64,000 bases of DNA, from NCBI GenBank assembly GCA_016719135.1, contig JADKAV010000028.1, positions 3,351 through 67,350 on the forward strand, read 5' to 3'. The stretch comes from Micrococcales bacterium. Its GTDB lineage: Bacteria > Actinomycetota > Actinomycetes > S36-B12 > UBA10799. The notes under the pieces are model-generated. The model saw only the letters and a list, made by a program, of their open reading frames with translations, was not told where the DNA came from and made no database searches. This document shows, in pieces, positions 10,801 through 22,273 of the stretch; the stretch's first letter is position 1, and every line of letters begins with the position of its first letter. The translations under genes were made by a program, and so were the position numbers.

Positions 10801-11333
10801 TGGACACCCGCGTCCAACAGGTCTTTTCCGAGGCCTATGCCGATGTGGCGCGCGAGTTCGAGCACGCTTTCGCCCGGTTGTTCCCCGGTGGCCAGGGACG
10901 GTTGATTCTCACCGATCCCGACGACCTGCTCATCACAGGAGTCGAGGTGGAAGCCCGCCCACCGGGAAAGAAGATCAAGCGTCTGTCCCTGCTCTCCGGT
11001 GGTGAGCGCAGCCTCACGGCTGTGGCCTTCCTGGTGGCCCTGTTCAAGGCGAGGCCCTCGCCGTTCTACCTGCTGGACGAGGTCGAGGCGGCTCTCGACG
11101 ATGTCAACCTCGGCAGGCTGATGGGATTGCTCGAGGAACTGCGGGAGACCTCGCAGCTGATGATCATCACCCACCAGAAGCGCACGATGGAGATGGCCGA
11201 CGCTTTGTACGGGGTCACGATGCGCGCGGGCGTCACGCAGGTGATCAGCCAGCGGATGCGTCAGTGCAGCCTGTGTGATGCGCGGGGCGCCGTAAGCGGG
11301 GACTTTGGACGCAGACGGTCTCCTGCTGGCTGA
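7821..11333 (+). CDS. smc: chromosome segregation protein SMC
   Basis: VHLRSLTLRGFKSF start with GGCAGGAGG upstream. Walker A GPNGSGKSNVVDA, long coiled coils, signature LSGGERSL and Walker B FYLLDEVEAALD are present. Confidence 0.9.
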   Translation: MHLRSLTLRGFKSFASSTTIDLEPGITCVVGPNGSGKSNVVDAIAWVMGEQGAKSLRGGKMDDVIFAGTSGKAPLGRAEVELTIDNSDGALPIDYTEVTIRRTLFRSGGSEYAINGQTCRLLDVQELLADSGIGREMHVIVGQGRLDAILHASPEDRRGFIEEAAGVLKHRRRKEKALRKLEQIQQNLQRLTDLSTELRRQLKPLGRQAEVARRAATIQADVRDARLRLLADEVAGVQRDLAEEQADESAAKAERERVEEQLRAARSQEADLEERLQQVAPQLHAGRSRSLDLTRLRERISGLVALIVERRRSLEREQLEFSFGVDPEEIQRAGDAVELEIADQAHIVAAAQNEFERARDAAEAVGREVREEQSLITSAEAALTEYRQHVAAAEQAVAGGVRLVESTTARADHLAQQHDSVAREASEAAAAVADLDPEPAHEDIVDMSQADEKMRAAERDLELARTELSTQEQKRASLTARCEALRSAVADTADDSVGADRQEGTLDSVIRVRPGYEKAVAMLLGALARARVLREGVSVHEVLGGIDADRSVRLVLPGTRNAVASHPDAALNYIEAPDHLRGALSQMLAGAVVAPDLSAAQRIVDEHPDVLVATIDGQMLGRGIAAQGSEGANVIALRNALEQATEELVSTEGCWRRAVDHVARVEAQAAQVRQQRDEVRNQVAAQQAQAAARAERDVHVRQRAATTAHRLEQLLAEKDEVAAALAEHAADLQAARDRLQELELAGAPTVDRTQLHALLTRQEQARQAHHETGLNARSAHERHASLQAKHAELVEQAQQAREAVEAAARRRVQREHALVELARLEELARRAATLVEQDAATAESHLNSLEAEQQQVQSDHAQARSAALELAAEVERLTQDVHRDEVLRAGKHATLEQLTEKALEEYGLTIDNLVAEYGPDQMIEVADGDPIAFERGQQQRRLKEAERGLALLGRVNPLALEEFAAMEERHTHLVTQIEDVKKSREDLLALVADVDTRVQQVFSEAYADVAREFEHAFARLFPGGQGRLILTDPDDLLITGVEVEARPPGKKIKRLSLLSGGERSLTAVAFLVALFKARPSPFYLLDEVEAALDDVNLGRLMGLLEELRETSQLMIITHQKRTMEMADALYGVTMRAGVTQVISQRMRQCSLCDARGAVSGDFGRRRSPAG

Positions 11334-11381
11334 CTGCGTCCAAAGTCCACCCGCGATCGACGTCCTACGCAACCGGTCGAG

Positions 11382-12554
11382 ATGGCGGCGACGACCGTCG
11401 GTCACACTGGGATGGTGGATCCCATTCTCTACATCGTTCTTGGTGTTTTCCTGCTCGTTGTTGCCGTCGTTGTCGGGTTGCGGTTGGTCTCCGGCCGCCG
11501 CGTACCGCCCCCGCCGCCTCCGGAGGTCATTCCGGGCGTTGGGGACGATGCGTCCGAACCCCGTGACACGCCGCTGCCGACGGTCGAGGACGTGGTCCTG
11601 CCCGAGCAGGGCGGCGCCCCGACGATCGAGCTCGAGCGCCCCAAGCCGACCAAGGGCCGGTTGGCGGCGCTCAAAGCGCGCCTGGCCCGATCCAACTCCG
11701 CGATCGGTCGTGGGCTACTCGCGCTGCTGACCAGCGACAAACTCGACGAGGCCACCTGGGAGGAGATCGAGGACACGCTGATCATGTCCGACCTGGGGGT
11801 CGAGTCGGCCGGTGATCTGGTGGAACGGCTGCGCACTCGCCTGCGGGTCGACGCGGACGTGGACTGGCAGTCGGCGCTGCACGAGGAGTTGCTCGCCCTT
11901 GTCGGCCCGGACATGGACCGAACCCTGGTCGCCTCACGACAGGGCGATCGACCGGCCGTGATCATGGTGGTCGGCGTCAACGGAACGGGAAAGACCACGA
12001 CCACCGGCAAGCTCGCTCGAGTCCTCGTGGCCGACGGCCACACTGTGGTGCTCGGCGCCGCCGACACCTTCCGGGCAGCCGCCGCCGATCAGCTACAGAC
12101 ATGGGGCGACCGGGTGGGTGCGCGGGTCGTGCGGGGCCCGGAGGCCTCTGACCCGGCCGCGGTGGCCTTCGATGCTGTGGCAGAAGCCAACGCCGAACAG
12201 GCCGACTGCGTGGTCATCGACACGGCCGGCCGGCTGCACACCAAGGTCGGACTGATGGACGAACTGGGCAAGATCAAGCGGGTCATCAACAAACAGGGCC
12301 CGGTCGACGAGGTGCTGCTCGTGCTCGATGCCACGACCGGACAGAACGGCCTGGCGCAGGCCCGGGTCTTCAGCGAGGTCGTCGATGTGACCGGTGTGGT
12401 CCTGACCAAACTCGACGGGACCGCTAAGGGTGGCATCGTGGTCGCTGTTCAGAAGGAGCTGGGCGTGCCGGTGAAGCTGGTGGGGCTGGGCGAGGGCCCC
12501 GACGACCTGGCACCCTTCGACCCGGACGCTTTTGTGAGTGCATTGCTGGAGTAG
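11382..12554 (+). CDS. ftsY: signal recognition particle receptor FtsY
   Basis: N-terminal TM segment, then SRP GTPase motifs GVNGTGKTTT, DTAGRLH and TKLDGTAKGG. The start could alternatively be ATG 11411. Confidence 0.9.
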   Translation: MAATTVGHTGMVDPILYIVLGVFLLVVAVVVGLRLVSGRRVPPPPPPEVIPGVGDDASEPRDTPLPTVEDVVLPEQGGAPTIELERPKPTKGRLAALKARLARSNSAIGRGLLALLTSDKLDEATWEEIEDTLIMSDLGVESAGDLVERLRTRLRVDADVDWQSALHEELLALVGPDMDRTLVASRQGDRPAVIMVVGVNGTGKTTTTGKLARVLVADGHTVVLGAADTFRAAAADQLQTWGDRVGARVVRGPEASDPAAVAFDAVAEANAEQADCVVIDTAGRLHTKVGLMDELGKIKRVINKQGPVDEVLLVLDATTGQNGLAQARVFSEVVDVTGVVLTKLDGTAKGGIVVAVQKELGVPVKLVGLGEGPDDLAPFDPDAFVSALLE

Positions 12555-12603
12555 CGCCGGTTGCTCGGTCGGTCCGGTCGCCCGGTGAAGGTCGTCTCGC
12601 AGC

Positions 12604-12728
<125 letters not shown>

Positions 12729-12855
12729 AGGTCCTCCGCAGTTGGGGGACGTTGGGGTTTTCGGGTTCTGGGTGCCCAACAACGTCGCCCTCGATAGTTG
12801 CGGGGCCGTTGAAGCTGGCGCGAGCGGGGATTGAGCCGTCCTCAGCCCGATGAAC

Positions 12856-12925
12856 GAAACACAGACTTAACGCGATCCACTGCATCCGTCACATGCGCGA
12901 AACCTCAGACCGCACGTCGTGTAAC
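12856..12925 (+). promoter_or_regulatory. putative GlnR operator upstream of amtB
   Basis: GTCAC-n6-GAAAC at 12888-12903. Additional half-sites are GAAAC 12856-12860, TTAAC 12867-12871 and GTAAC 12921-12925. This matches the actinobacterial GlnR box gTnAc-n6-GaAAc recalled from the literature. It lies 70-140 nt upstream of the amtB start. Confidence 0.45.
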
Positions 12926-12992
12926 ACGCCCGGGTCAGGCTGCTTTCATCCCGAGGGAGACACCCGATGGGGAGAAGAGGAGACGCGCGACG

Positions 12993-14653
<1,661 letters not shown>

Positions 14654-14723
14654 CCAAGGACGTGGCGGTGACTGTGGGGGACAGTCGCCGCCACGTCGCT
14701 TATACGATCCAGGGGAGACAACG

Positions 14724-17219
14724 GTGAGTCTGATCGCCAACGATTTCCTGTCCGCCCGCGCGGACCTCATCGCCCGTCCAGATTTCGGGCCGTCCCGCCG
14801 GCACGCGCTGACCGGCCTCACCGATGCCTGGCTGACCGAGCTGTTCCAGTCCTCCGGTGCCACCGAACTGGGGTGTTCTCTGGTGGCTGTGGGTGGCTAC
14901 GGCCGAGGCGAATTGGCCCCGGCCAGTGACATCGACGTTCTGCTCCTGCACCCGTCGAAGGTGTCGGGCGACGATGTCGCCGCTGTCGCCGAGAAAATCT
15001 GGTATCCGATCTGGGACAGCGGGCTGCGTTTGGACCACAGCGTGCGCACACCCGCGCAGGCCCGCCGACTGGCCGGTCAGGACTTGCGAGTTCTGCTCGG
15101 TCTGCTCGACGCCCGCACCGTCATCGGCGATGACCGCCTCACCGCGCAGACCCGGTCAAGCGTTCTGGGGGACTGGCGCGCCATGGCCAAGCAGCGCCTG
15201 GAAGAACTGCGCGACGGCGTTGAGCAGCGCGCTGAGATCCACGGGGAACTCGCCCATCTTCTGGAGCCGGACGTGAAGGAGTCCTACGGTGGGCTGCGCG
15301 ACCTCACCGTGATGCGCGCGTTGGCCGCCAGTTGGATCATCAGTCCACCGCAGAGCTCGCTGAGTATGGCGCGGCTTACGCTGCTCGATACCCGTGACGC
15401 CCTGCACTCGTGTACCGGCCGCACAACCGACCGACTGACTCAGCAGGAGCAACCGCAGGTCGCCGCGATGCTCGGGTACGCCGATGAAGACGAGTTGCTA
15501 CGGGCAGTCTGCGCGGCGGGACGAACCATTTCGTTCGTGAGCTCGGTGGCCTGGGGTCGGGTCCGGCGACAGGTCAAACGCAAGGCGCTCCCGCGCTTAC
15601 GCAGGATCGGTCGCGCTGCGGACCGCTCACCGTTGGCCGAAGGCGTCGTGGTGCAGGACTCAGAGGTGGTCCTGGCCGCCGATGCGAGGCCGGACCGGGA
15701 CCCGGTCCTGGTGCTGCGGACCGCCGCCGCCGCAGCGCAGGCAGGGCTGCGGATTTCGCCACACGCCGTCGACCGGCTGGCGCAGGAATCGGCACCCTTG
15801 CCGGTACCTTGGCCGCGGCAGGCACGGGAGAATCTGGTGAGCCTGCTGGGGGCGGGTCGGGCTACTGTGGCGGCCTGGGAGTCCTTGGACCAGGCCAATC
15901 TGATCTCCCGGCTGATCCCGGGCTGGGACGTGGTCCGCTCGGCCCCGCAACGCAACCCCGTGCACCGGTTCACCGTGGACCGACACCTCGTGGAGACGGC
16001 GGTGGCCGCCTCAAGATACACGCGCAAGGTCTCGCGTCCGGATCTACTGCTGGTGGGGGCTCTGCTGCACGACATCGGCAAAGGGCGAGGGGGAGACCAC
16101 ACGGACGTCGGTGTGCGCATCAAAGACCTGGGGCCTGCACCTGGGTTTCGACACCGCGGACCGCATCCTCGTCCAGATGGTGCGTCACCACCTATTGCTG
16201 CCCGAAGTGGCCACCCGGCGTGACACCGATGATCCGTCCGTGATCGAAGCGGTCGGCAAGGCGGTCGAGACCCCCGAGGTGCTGGATCTGCTGCACTGGC
16301 TCACCGTGGCCGATGCGGCCGCTACCGGCCCCGCGGCCTGGAGTCCGTGGAAGGCCAATCTGGTGGAACTCTTGGTGGGCCGGACCCACTCGGTGCTGGC
16401 CGGCGACGAGGTCGTCATCGAACCTCTGCTCGACGATGTTGCTGAGGACTTGTGGGCGTCGGCAGGGGTCGAGGTGGGCATTGAACCCGGTGACGAAGGT
16501 GAACTGACGATCCTGGTCAGCGCGACAGACGCGATCGGACTGCTCAGCCGTTGCGCCGGAGTCCTGGCGATCAACCGGCTGAGCGCGGATGCCGCGAGCC
16601 GCACCGTGATGGTCGGGCGGTCGATCAGTCACCTGGAGCGGTCAGACCACGTTCGGGGAGCCGCCGCCCGCGGACTCGGCTGGCAGCGGACATGCGCCGA
16701 TCCATCGCTGGGGGAACTCGACCTGCGCGGCGGCTGAACGAGCGCGCACGTGCTTACCACGGCGCTGATGACCACCGTCCGGACCCGACGGCAGCCCTCA
16801 TCGCTGACGCATCCAGCCGGATCACCGTTTTGGAGGTCCGCGCCCACGACCGGGCCGGGCTTCTGTACTGGGTGACCTCAGCGCTGGCACAGGCCGGATT
16901 CAACGTCGATGGCGCCAAGGTCTCGACGCTGGGGTCCGAGGTGGTGGACGTGTTCTTCCTGACCGACGAGTCGGGTTGTGCGTTGTCGGAGCGTCGGGCC
17001 GTCCGTCCGCACTGGTTCGTTGGAGCTTCGCTGGACACGCCGTTGGAGGCGCCGTGGGGTTGGAGTCCTGCGCGGGTGGTCGGCGTAGGTCCGCCGGCCG
17101 TGCGCCGGTCGTCCAACGGCTGTACCAACCTCCACGGCTGGGCCGCATCCGGCCAGGGTTGTTGCGACCACGCCTTGAAGATTGGCCTGCCGCCCATTGC
17201 GCGGCCGTGGAGCGGGTGA
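14724..17219 (+). pseudogene. glnD: [protein-PII] uridylyl/adenylyltransferase GlnD, reading frame disrupted as sequenced
   Basis: The nucleotidyltransferase N-terminus, HD domain (LLHDIGKG) and two ACT domains (ELTILVSATDAIGLL; ITVLEVRAHDRAGLLY) are spread over three frames. Frame changes occur near 16131, 16608, 16628, 16680, 16712 and 16731. The 3' end is uncertain because the last 200 nt coincide with a repeat element. Confidence 0.8.
17015..17140. repeat. degenerate member of the GTTGGAG/CTCCAAC palindromic repeat family
   Basis: Three left half-sites (tcGTTGGAGc, ccGTTGGAGg, ggGTTGGAGtcctgcgcgg) are followed by gtCCAACgg and taCCAACc. This is the same layout as the repeats at 41408-41725. 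Confidence 0.35.
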
Positions 17220-17372
17220 TGGCTTGCGGAACAGTCCGGTGCGTTGCCCGGCGGCCGTGCGCCCGGAAGAACGCCTGGCCGTTCAAGGCGAACTGGCAGG
17301 CCCACGCTTGGGCGACTGACGGGACTTGTCGGCGACCGTTACCCTGGAATCTGAGAACCCAGGAGATGTTTC

Positions 17373-18899
17373 ATGTTCAATGCTCTGTCCGACCGGCTGT
17401 CCGCGACCTTCAAGGGGCTGCGTGGCAAGGGCCGGCTCTCCGAAGCGGACATCGACAACACCGTCCGGGAGATTCGCCGGGCCTTGCTTGAGGCGGACGT
17501 TTCGCTGCCGGTGGTGCGGACGTTCACTCCCGGGTGCAGGAGCGGGCCACGGGTGCCGAGGTGTCGACGAGCCTCAACCCGGCCAACAAGTCGTCAAGAT
17601 CGTTCACGAGGAACTCATCGCGATCCTCGGCGGCGAGACCCGCAACCTGCGGCTGGCGAAAAAGCCCCCGACGGTCATCATGCTGCTCGGCCTGCAGGGC
17701 GCGGGCAAGACGACCCTGGCCGGCAAGCTGGCCAAACACCTTGGCGAACCAGGGACATCACGCCCTTCCTGGTCGCAGCTGATCTACAGCGCCCCAACGC
17801 GGTGAATCAGCTGCAGATCGTGGCCGAGCGCGCCGGTGTGGACTGTTATGCCCCCCAACCGGGCAACGGCGTCGGCGATCCCGTGGTGGTGGCCCGGGAT
17901 TCCCTCGGGTACGCCGAGCAGTCACTGCACGATCTGGTCATCATCGACACTGCGGGCCGGCTGGCCATCGACGAAGAACTGATGGGACAGGCAGCGGCCA
18001 TCCGGGACGCGGTCCACCCCGACGAGATGCTGCTGGTCATCGACGCGATGATCGGCCAGGACGCGGTGCAAACCGCGGCTGCGTTCCAGGAGACGGTCGG
18101 TGTCGACGGTGTCATCCTCACGAAACTGGACGGTGACGCCCGTGGAGGTGCGGCCCTGTCCGTGCGTGAGGCCACCGGGGCTCCGATCATGTTCGCCTCC
18201 GTCGGGGAGAAGGTGGAGGATCTCGAGGTCTTCCATCCCGACCGGATGGCGTCGCGCATCCTCGATATGGGTGATGTCCTCACCCTGATCGAGCAGGCCG
18301 AGCGGGCCTTCGATTCCGAACAGGCCGCCCGGATGGCCGACAAGGTTGCTCGCGGTGATGCCTTCACGCTGGAGGAGTTCCTCGAGCAGATGCAAGCGGT
18401 CAAGAAGATGGGATCCATCGGCAAACTCCTGGGGATGCTGCCCGGCATGGCCGACGCCCGCAAACAGCTCGAACAGATCGACGACCGGGACATCGACCGG
18501 GTGGCGGCCATCATCCACTCGATGACTCCGGCTGAACGCCGCGACACCAAGATCCTCAACGGTTCGCGCCGCGCTCGTATCGCCAAGGGCGCCGGGGTGC
18601 AGGTCTCCGATGTGAACTCGTTGGTCGAGCGCTTCAGCGAGGCGCAGAAGATGATGAAGCAGATGCGCGGCGGCGGCGGCATGCCGGGGATGCCCGGGAT
18701 GCCAGGGATGGGAGCTGGCTCCAAGAAGGGTAAGGGCAAGTCCAAGCCTGCGCCCAAGTCGAAGAAGGGTCGCAGCGGAAATCCGGCCAAGCGCGCCCAG
18801 CAGGTCACGGCTGAGCCGGAGAGCCCCGACGCGCCGCCGAAGCCGTTCACCGCCGATCAACTGCCGGAGGAGTTCAGCAAGCTGCTCGGCGGTCAATGA
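17373..18899 (+). CDS. ffh: signal recognition particle protein Ffh; the ORF is open, but codons from about 17529 to 17769 are out of frame as sequenced
   Basis: N-terminus [20 protein letters not shown] and a C-terminal M domain with a Met-rich tail are in frame. The G1 P-loop [15 protein letters not shown] and [16 protein letters not shown] are found only in the other two frames. Confidence 0.85.
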   Translation: MFNALSDRLSATFKGLRGKGRLSEADIDNTVREIRRALLEADVSLPVVRTFTPGCRSGPRVPRCRRASTRPTSRQDRSRGTHRDPRRRDPQPAAGEKAPDGHHAARPAGRGQDDPGRQAGQTPWRTRDITPFLVAADLQRPNAVNQLQIVAERAGVDCYAPQPGNGVGDPVVVARDSLGYAEQSLHDLVIIDTAGRLAIDEELMGQAAAIRDAVHPDEMLLVIDAMIGQDAVQTAAAFQETVGVDGVILTKLDGDARGGAALSVREATGAPIMFASVGEKVEDLEVFHPDRMASRILDMGDVLTLIEQAERAFDSEQAARMADKVARGDAFTLEEFLEQMQAVKKMGSIGKLLGMLPGMADARKQLEQIDDRDIDRVAAIIHSMTPAERRDTKILNGSRRARIAKGAGVQVSDVNSLVERFSEAQKMMKQMRGGGGMPGMPGMPGMGAGSKKGKGKSKPAPKSKKGRSGNPAKRAQQVTAEPESPDAPPKPFTADQLPEEFSKLLGGQ

Positions 18900-19061
18900 C
18901 CGCCCGTGGTGGGCGCGGGGTCGGCCGTGTCCGGGGTATCTGGCACACTAGGGGAAGTGTTCCCGCCCTCTCACCGGGAACCATCGACTTAGCGGTGCCC
19001 GCCGGGTATGTCCCCACATGCCAGCCGGGGCCGCCACACGACAACAGGAGAGACATCCGCA

Positions 19062-19595
19062 GTGGCAGCCAAGATCAAGTTGAAGCGGCTCGGCAAGATC
19101 CGCAACCCGCAGTACCGCGTCGTCATCGCCGACGCCCGCAACAAGCGCGATGGCCGCTCGATCGAGGAGATCGGGCTCTACCACCCCAAGGAGCAGCCGT
19201 CGCTGATCCAGATCGACTCCGAGCGGGTGCAGTACTGGCTCGGCGTCGGCGCCCAGCCGACCGACGCGGTGACGGCGCTGCTCAAGGTCACCGGTGACTG
19301 GCAGAAGTTCAAGGGCCTGCCCGGTGCCGAAGGCACGCTGAAGGCCCCGGAGGAGAAGGCCGACCGCAAGAGTGCCTTCGCCGCCGCCGCCGCGGAGGCA
19401 GCTGGTCTGAAGGAGGCCGAGGCAGCCACGCCGAAGGCCAAGTCGAAGCCGGCGAAGGCCAAGGCGGAGCCCGCCGAGGAAGTCGCGACAGAGCCTGCAC
19501 CTGCAGAGCCCGCAGCGGCGGAGGCCAGCGCTGAAGCACCGGCTGCTGAAGCACCGGCCACTGAATCCGCCGAGCCCCCGCAGGCCGATGCCTAG
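19062..19595 (+). CDS. rpsP: 30S ribosomal protein S16 with an Ala/Pro/Glu-rich C-terminal extension
   Basis: [26 protein letters not shown]. The GTG at 19062 is preceded by AGGAGAG. Confidence 0.9.
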   Translation: MAAKIKLKRLGKIRNPQYRVVIADARNKRDGRSIEEIGLYHPKEQPSLIQIDSERVQYWLGVGAQPTDAVTALLKVTGDWQKFKGLPGAEGTLKAPEEKADRKSAFAAAAAEAAGLKEAEAATPKAKSKPAKAKAEPAEEVATEPAPAEPAAAEASAEAPAAEAPATESAEPPQADA

Positions 19596-19839
19596 GCCAC
19601 TGGCCGAGGCCTCGAGCACCTGGTCGTCGGGCATCGTGGACAACCCCGAGGACGTGTCCGTCAGTGAGCGGTCCGGGCGCGGCCGCGGGACCCTGCTGAA
19701 GGTCACTGTCCACCCGGACGACCTCGGGCGAGTCATCGGGCGCGCCGGGCGCACCGCAAAATCGCTGCGTACTGTCGTCAACGCACTGTCCGGCGGCCAG
19801 AATGTGCGAGTCGACTTCGTGGATGTGAACGGGCGCTGA
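19588..19839 (+). CDS. KH domain RNA-binding protein (YlqC family)
   Basis: [11 protein letters not shown]...[22 protein letters not shown]. Six codons (19612-19629) appear scrambled by a compensating -1/+1 indel pair. The expected LEHLVV is in another frame. Confidence 0.8.
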   Translation: MPRPLAEASSTWSSGIVDNPEDVSVSERSGRGRGTLLKVTVHPDDLGRVIGRAGRTAKSLRTVVNALSGGQNVRVDFVDVNGR

Positions 19840-19856
19840 CCGAGCAACGCGTTGCG

Positions 19857-20345
19857 GTGGGCCGCATCGGCAAGCCGCATGGTGTTAAGGGCTGGGTGAC
19901 GGTCGCGCCGTCAACGGACGAGCCTGAGCTGCGTTTCGCACCGGGCGCGCAACTGCAGGTCGCGCAGGGCACTCTCGTCGTTGCTGAATCGCGTGTCAAT
20001 GGGCCGCCGGGTCACGCTGCGCTTCGAGGGGTACACCGACCGCGACCGGGCGCAGGCACTGCGGGGGTCGTGGCTGCATGTCGACATCGACCTCCGAGAG
20101 CCCTGCCGAAGACGACGAATTCTACGACCACCAGCTTGTGGGCCTGGAGGCTCGCGTTAACGGCTCCCGGATCGGAACCGTTGCCGAAGTTCTCCACCTA
20201 CCGGCACAGGACGTGCTGGCCGTGGAGATCGATGCCGGCCGCAGGTGCTGGTGCCCTTCGTGGAACAGTTCGTGCCAGTGGTGGATCCGGACGCGGGCAG
20301 GTCCATGTCATCGACATGGAAGGGCTGCTCGAGGATGAGGATTGA
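19857..20345 (+). CDS. rimM: ribosome maturation factor RimM; the ORF is open, but the central two-thirds is out of frame as sequenced
   Basis: [16 protein letters not shown] is at the N-terminus. [43 protein letters not shown]...[16 protein letters not shown] and [19 protein letters not shown] lie in the other frames. [14 protein letters not shown] returns to the original frame. Confidence 0.8.
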   Translation: MGRIGKPHGVKGWVTVAPSTDEPELRFAPGAQLQVAQGTLVVAESRVNGPPGHAALRGVHRPRPGAGTAGVVAACRHRPPRALPKTTNSTTTSLWAWRLALTAPGSEPLPKFSTYRHRTCWPWRSMPAAGAGALRGTVRASGGSGRGQVHVIDMEGLLEDED

Positions 20346-21106
20346 CGTCGTCACGATCTTCCCGGACTACCTGCAGCCGCTGAAGCTGTCGCTGATCGGC
20401 AAAGCGATCGATCGCGGGCAGGTTGTGCTGTCCATGCACGATCTGCGTGATTTCACCCATGACCGACACCGCACCGTCGATGATGCTCCGTACGGCGGTG
20501 GACCCGGAATGGTCATGAGTCCGCAGCCGTGGGGTGAGGCGCTGGACACCGTGCTGACCGACGAGTCGACCCTCATCGTGCCGACCCCCTCCGGGCAGAC
20601 GTTCACCCAGAGTCAGGCCGAGGAGTTGGCTCAGCGGGCGCATCTGGTGTTCGCGTGCGGCCGCTATGAAGGCATTGATGCTCGCGTCGTGGAGTATTTC
20701 CGCAGCCGCGTGGAGGTCCGCGAGATCAGCATCGGCGACTACGTGCTCGCCGGCGGGGAAGCGGCGACTCTGGTGATGTGCGAGGCGATCGGGCGACTGC
20801 TGCCGGGGGTGCTGGGCAATCCACTCAGTGCGGTCGATGACTCGTTCAGCCGCCCCGACGACCTGCTGGAGGGCCCTGTGTACACACGGCCGCCGCAGTG
20901 GCGGGGACTACCGGTGCCCGCCGGTCCTGCTGTCCGGCGACCACGAACGCATCCGCCAGTGGCGGGAAGAGCGTGCCCAGGAAAGAACCGAGGAACGCGC
21001 GATAGACGCCTGCTTGTACCGTCGTCGACGAGCGTGTGTCAGACTGAAGGGGTTCCGCGTGCCACCCGCCACAGGGGGCTACGCGCCGGAGCCAGCGATG
21101 AAGTGA
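20335..21106 (+). pseudogene. trmD: tRNA (guanine37-N1)-methyltransferase TrmD, +1 frameshift near 20923
   Basis: [13 protein letters not shown]...YGGGPGMVM...RYEGIDARV is in one frame. [22 protein letters not shown] is in the next frame. In the first frame the ORF reads through without a stop into rplS. The 3' end is uncertain. Confidence 0.8.
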
Positions 21107-21159
21107 CGCAACCACCCACCACTGTGCGTTCGACCTGTGGCGAATGCAAGGAGCACATC

Positions 21160-21516
21160 ATGCACACCCTTGACTCAGTCGATGCCGCCAGCCTGCGCGA
21201 CGACATCCCAGCGTTCCGACCCGGCGACACCGTCAAGGTCCACGTCAACGTGGTTGAAGGTGAACGTAAGCGCGTTCAGGTCTTCCAGGGTGTGGTGATC
21301 CGTCGGCAGGGCGGGGGTGTGCGGGAGTCGTTCACCGTCCGCAAGGTCAGTTTCGGGGTGGGTGTCGAGCGCACGTTCCCCGTGCACAGCCCGATCATCG
21401 ATCACATCGAAATGGTCAGCCGCGGGGACGTCCGTCGTGCCAAGCTCTATTACCTTCGTGAGCTGCGCGGAAAGGCCGCGAAGATCCGCGAGAAGCGCGA
21501 CAACACCTCCGCGTGA
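21160..21516 (+). CDS. rplS: 50S ribosomal protein L19
   Basis: [34 protein letters not shown]...[17 protein letters not shown] lies at 21148-21153. Confidence 0.9.
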   Translation: MHTLDSVDAASLRDDIPAFRPGDTVKVHVNVVEGERKRVQVFQGVVIRRQGGGVRESFTVRKVSFGVGVERTFPVHSPIIDHIEMVSRGDVRRAKLYYLRELRGKAAKIREKRDNTSA

Positions 21517-22214
21517 CCGAAACCCCCACCGCCAGCAGCGGCGCTGGTGCCGCGTTATGGCGGTTCGTCAAAGAGATCGTCATCATCCTGGTGGTGGCGC
21601 TCGGTTTGTCCTTCCTGGTGCGCACGTTCGTCGTGCAGGCGTTCTACGTGCCGAGCCAGTCGATGGAAAACACGTTGATGCCCAACGACCGGATTCTGGC
21701 CTCGAAGCTGTCGACCCGCTTCGGTGGGGTCGACCGCGGTCAGATTGTGGTGTTCCGCGATCCCGGCAATTGGCTCGATGATGCCCAGAAGCGCTCACCG
21801 GGTGGTCTGCCGGGCCTGTTCGAGTGGATCGGGCTTCTGCCCAGCAACACCGGCGACGACCTGGTGAAGCGCGTCATCGGCGTCGGGGGAGACCATGTGC
21901 GCTGCTGCAGCACCGACGGCCGGATCGTGCTCAACGGTGTGCCTTTGACCGAACCGTACGTCAAGCCCGGTGGCACCAGCGACGACGTGCGCTTCGACGT
22001 GATGGTGCCGCAGGGCAGCCTGTTCGTGATGGGCGACAACCGCAACGCCTCGGCGGATTCCCGGTACCACCTCAATGACAACCAGGGCACGGTTCCGCTG
22101 GACAACGTCGTGGGAAGAGTGGTTCTGACGGTTTGGCCGTTTTCTGCTTTCAGCACTCACCCGGTGCCCGCTGTCCCGTTCGACGATCCACGCCTGGACG
22201 ACCAGCAGAAGTAG
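21513..22214 (+). CDS. lepB: signal peptidase I
   Basis: TM anchor, catalytic box SQSMENTL, and the KRVIGVGGD and [11 protein letters not shown] boxes. Confidence 0.9.
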   Translation: MTETPTASSGAGAALWRFVKEIVIILVVALGLSFLVRTFVVQAFYVPSQSMENTLMPNDRILASKLSTRFGGVDRGQIVVFRDPGNWLDDAQKRSPGGLPGLFEWIGLLPSNTGDDLVKRVIGVGGDHVRCCSTDGRIVLNGVPLTEPYVKPGGTSDDVRFDVMVPQGSLFVMGDNRNASADSRYHLNDNQGTVPLDNVVGRVVLTVWPFSAFSTHPVPAVPFDDPRLDDQQK

Positions 22215-22273
22215 TCGATCGGACACGCCGCGCTCGCCCACGGATATGTCGGACCTGTGCATAAGGTTGGGCT

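Noticed and set aside
9306-11405. Long antisense ORFs inside real genes. These include a 699-aa ORF opposite smc, 38851-40827 opposite dxr and the M50 protease gene, 41330-42988 opposite ispG, 51784-53022 opposite infB and 57613-58806 opposite pnp.
   Set aside because: These are typical shadow ORFs of high-GC DNA. Their translations are Arg/Gly/Pro-rich with no recognisable motifs, while the opposite strand encodes well-recognised proteins.
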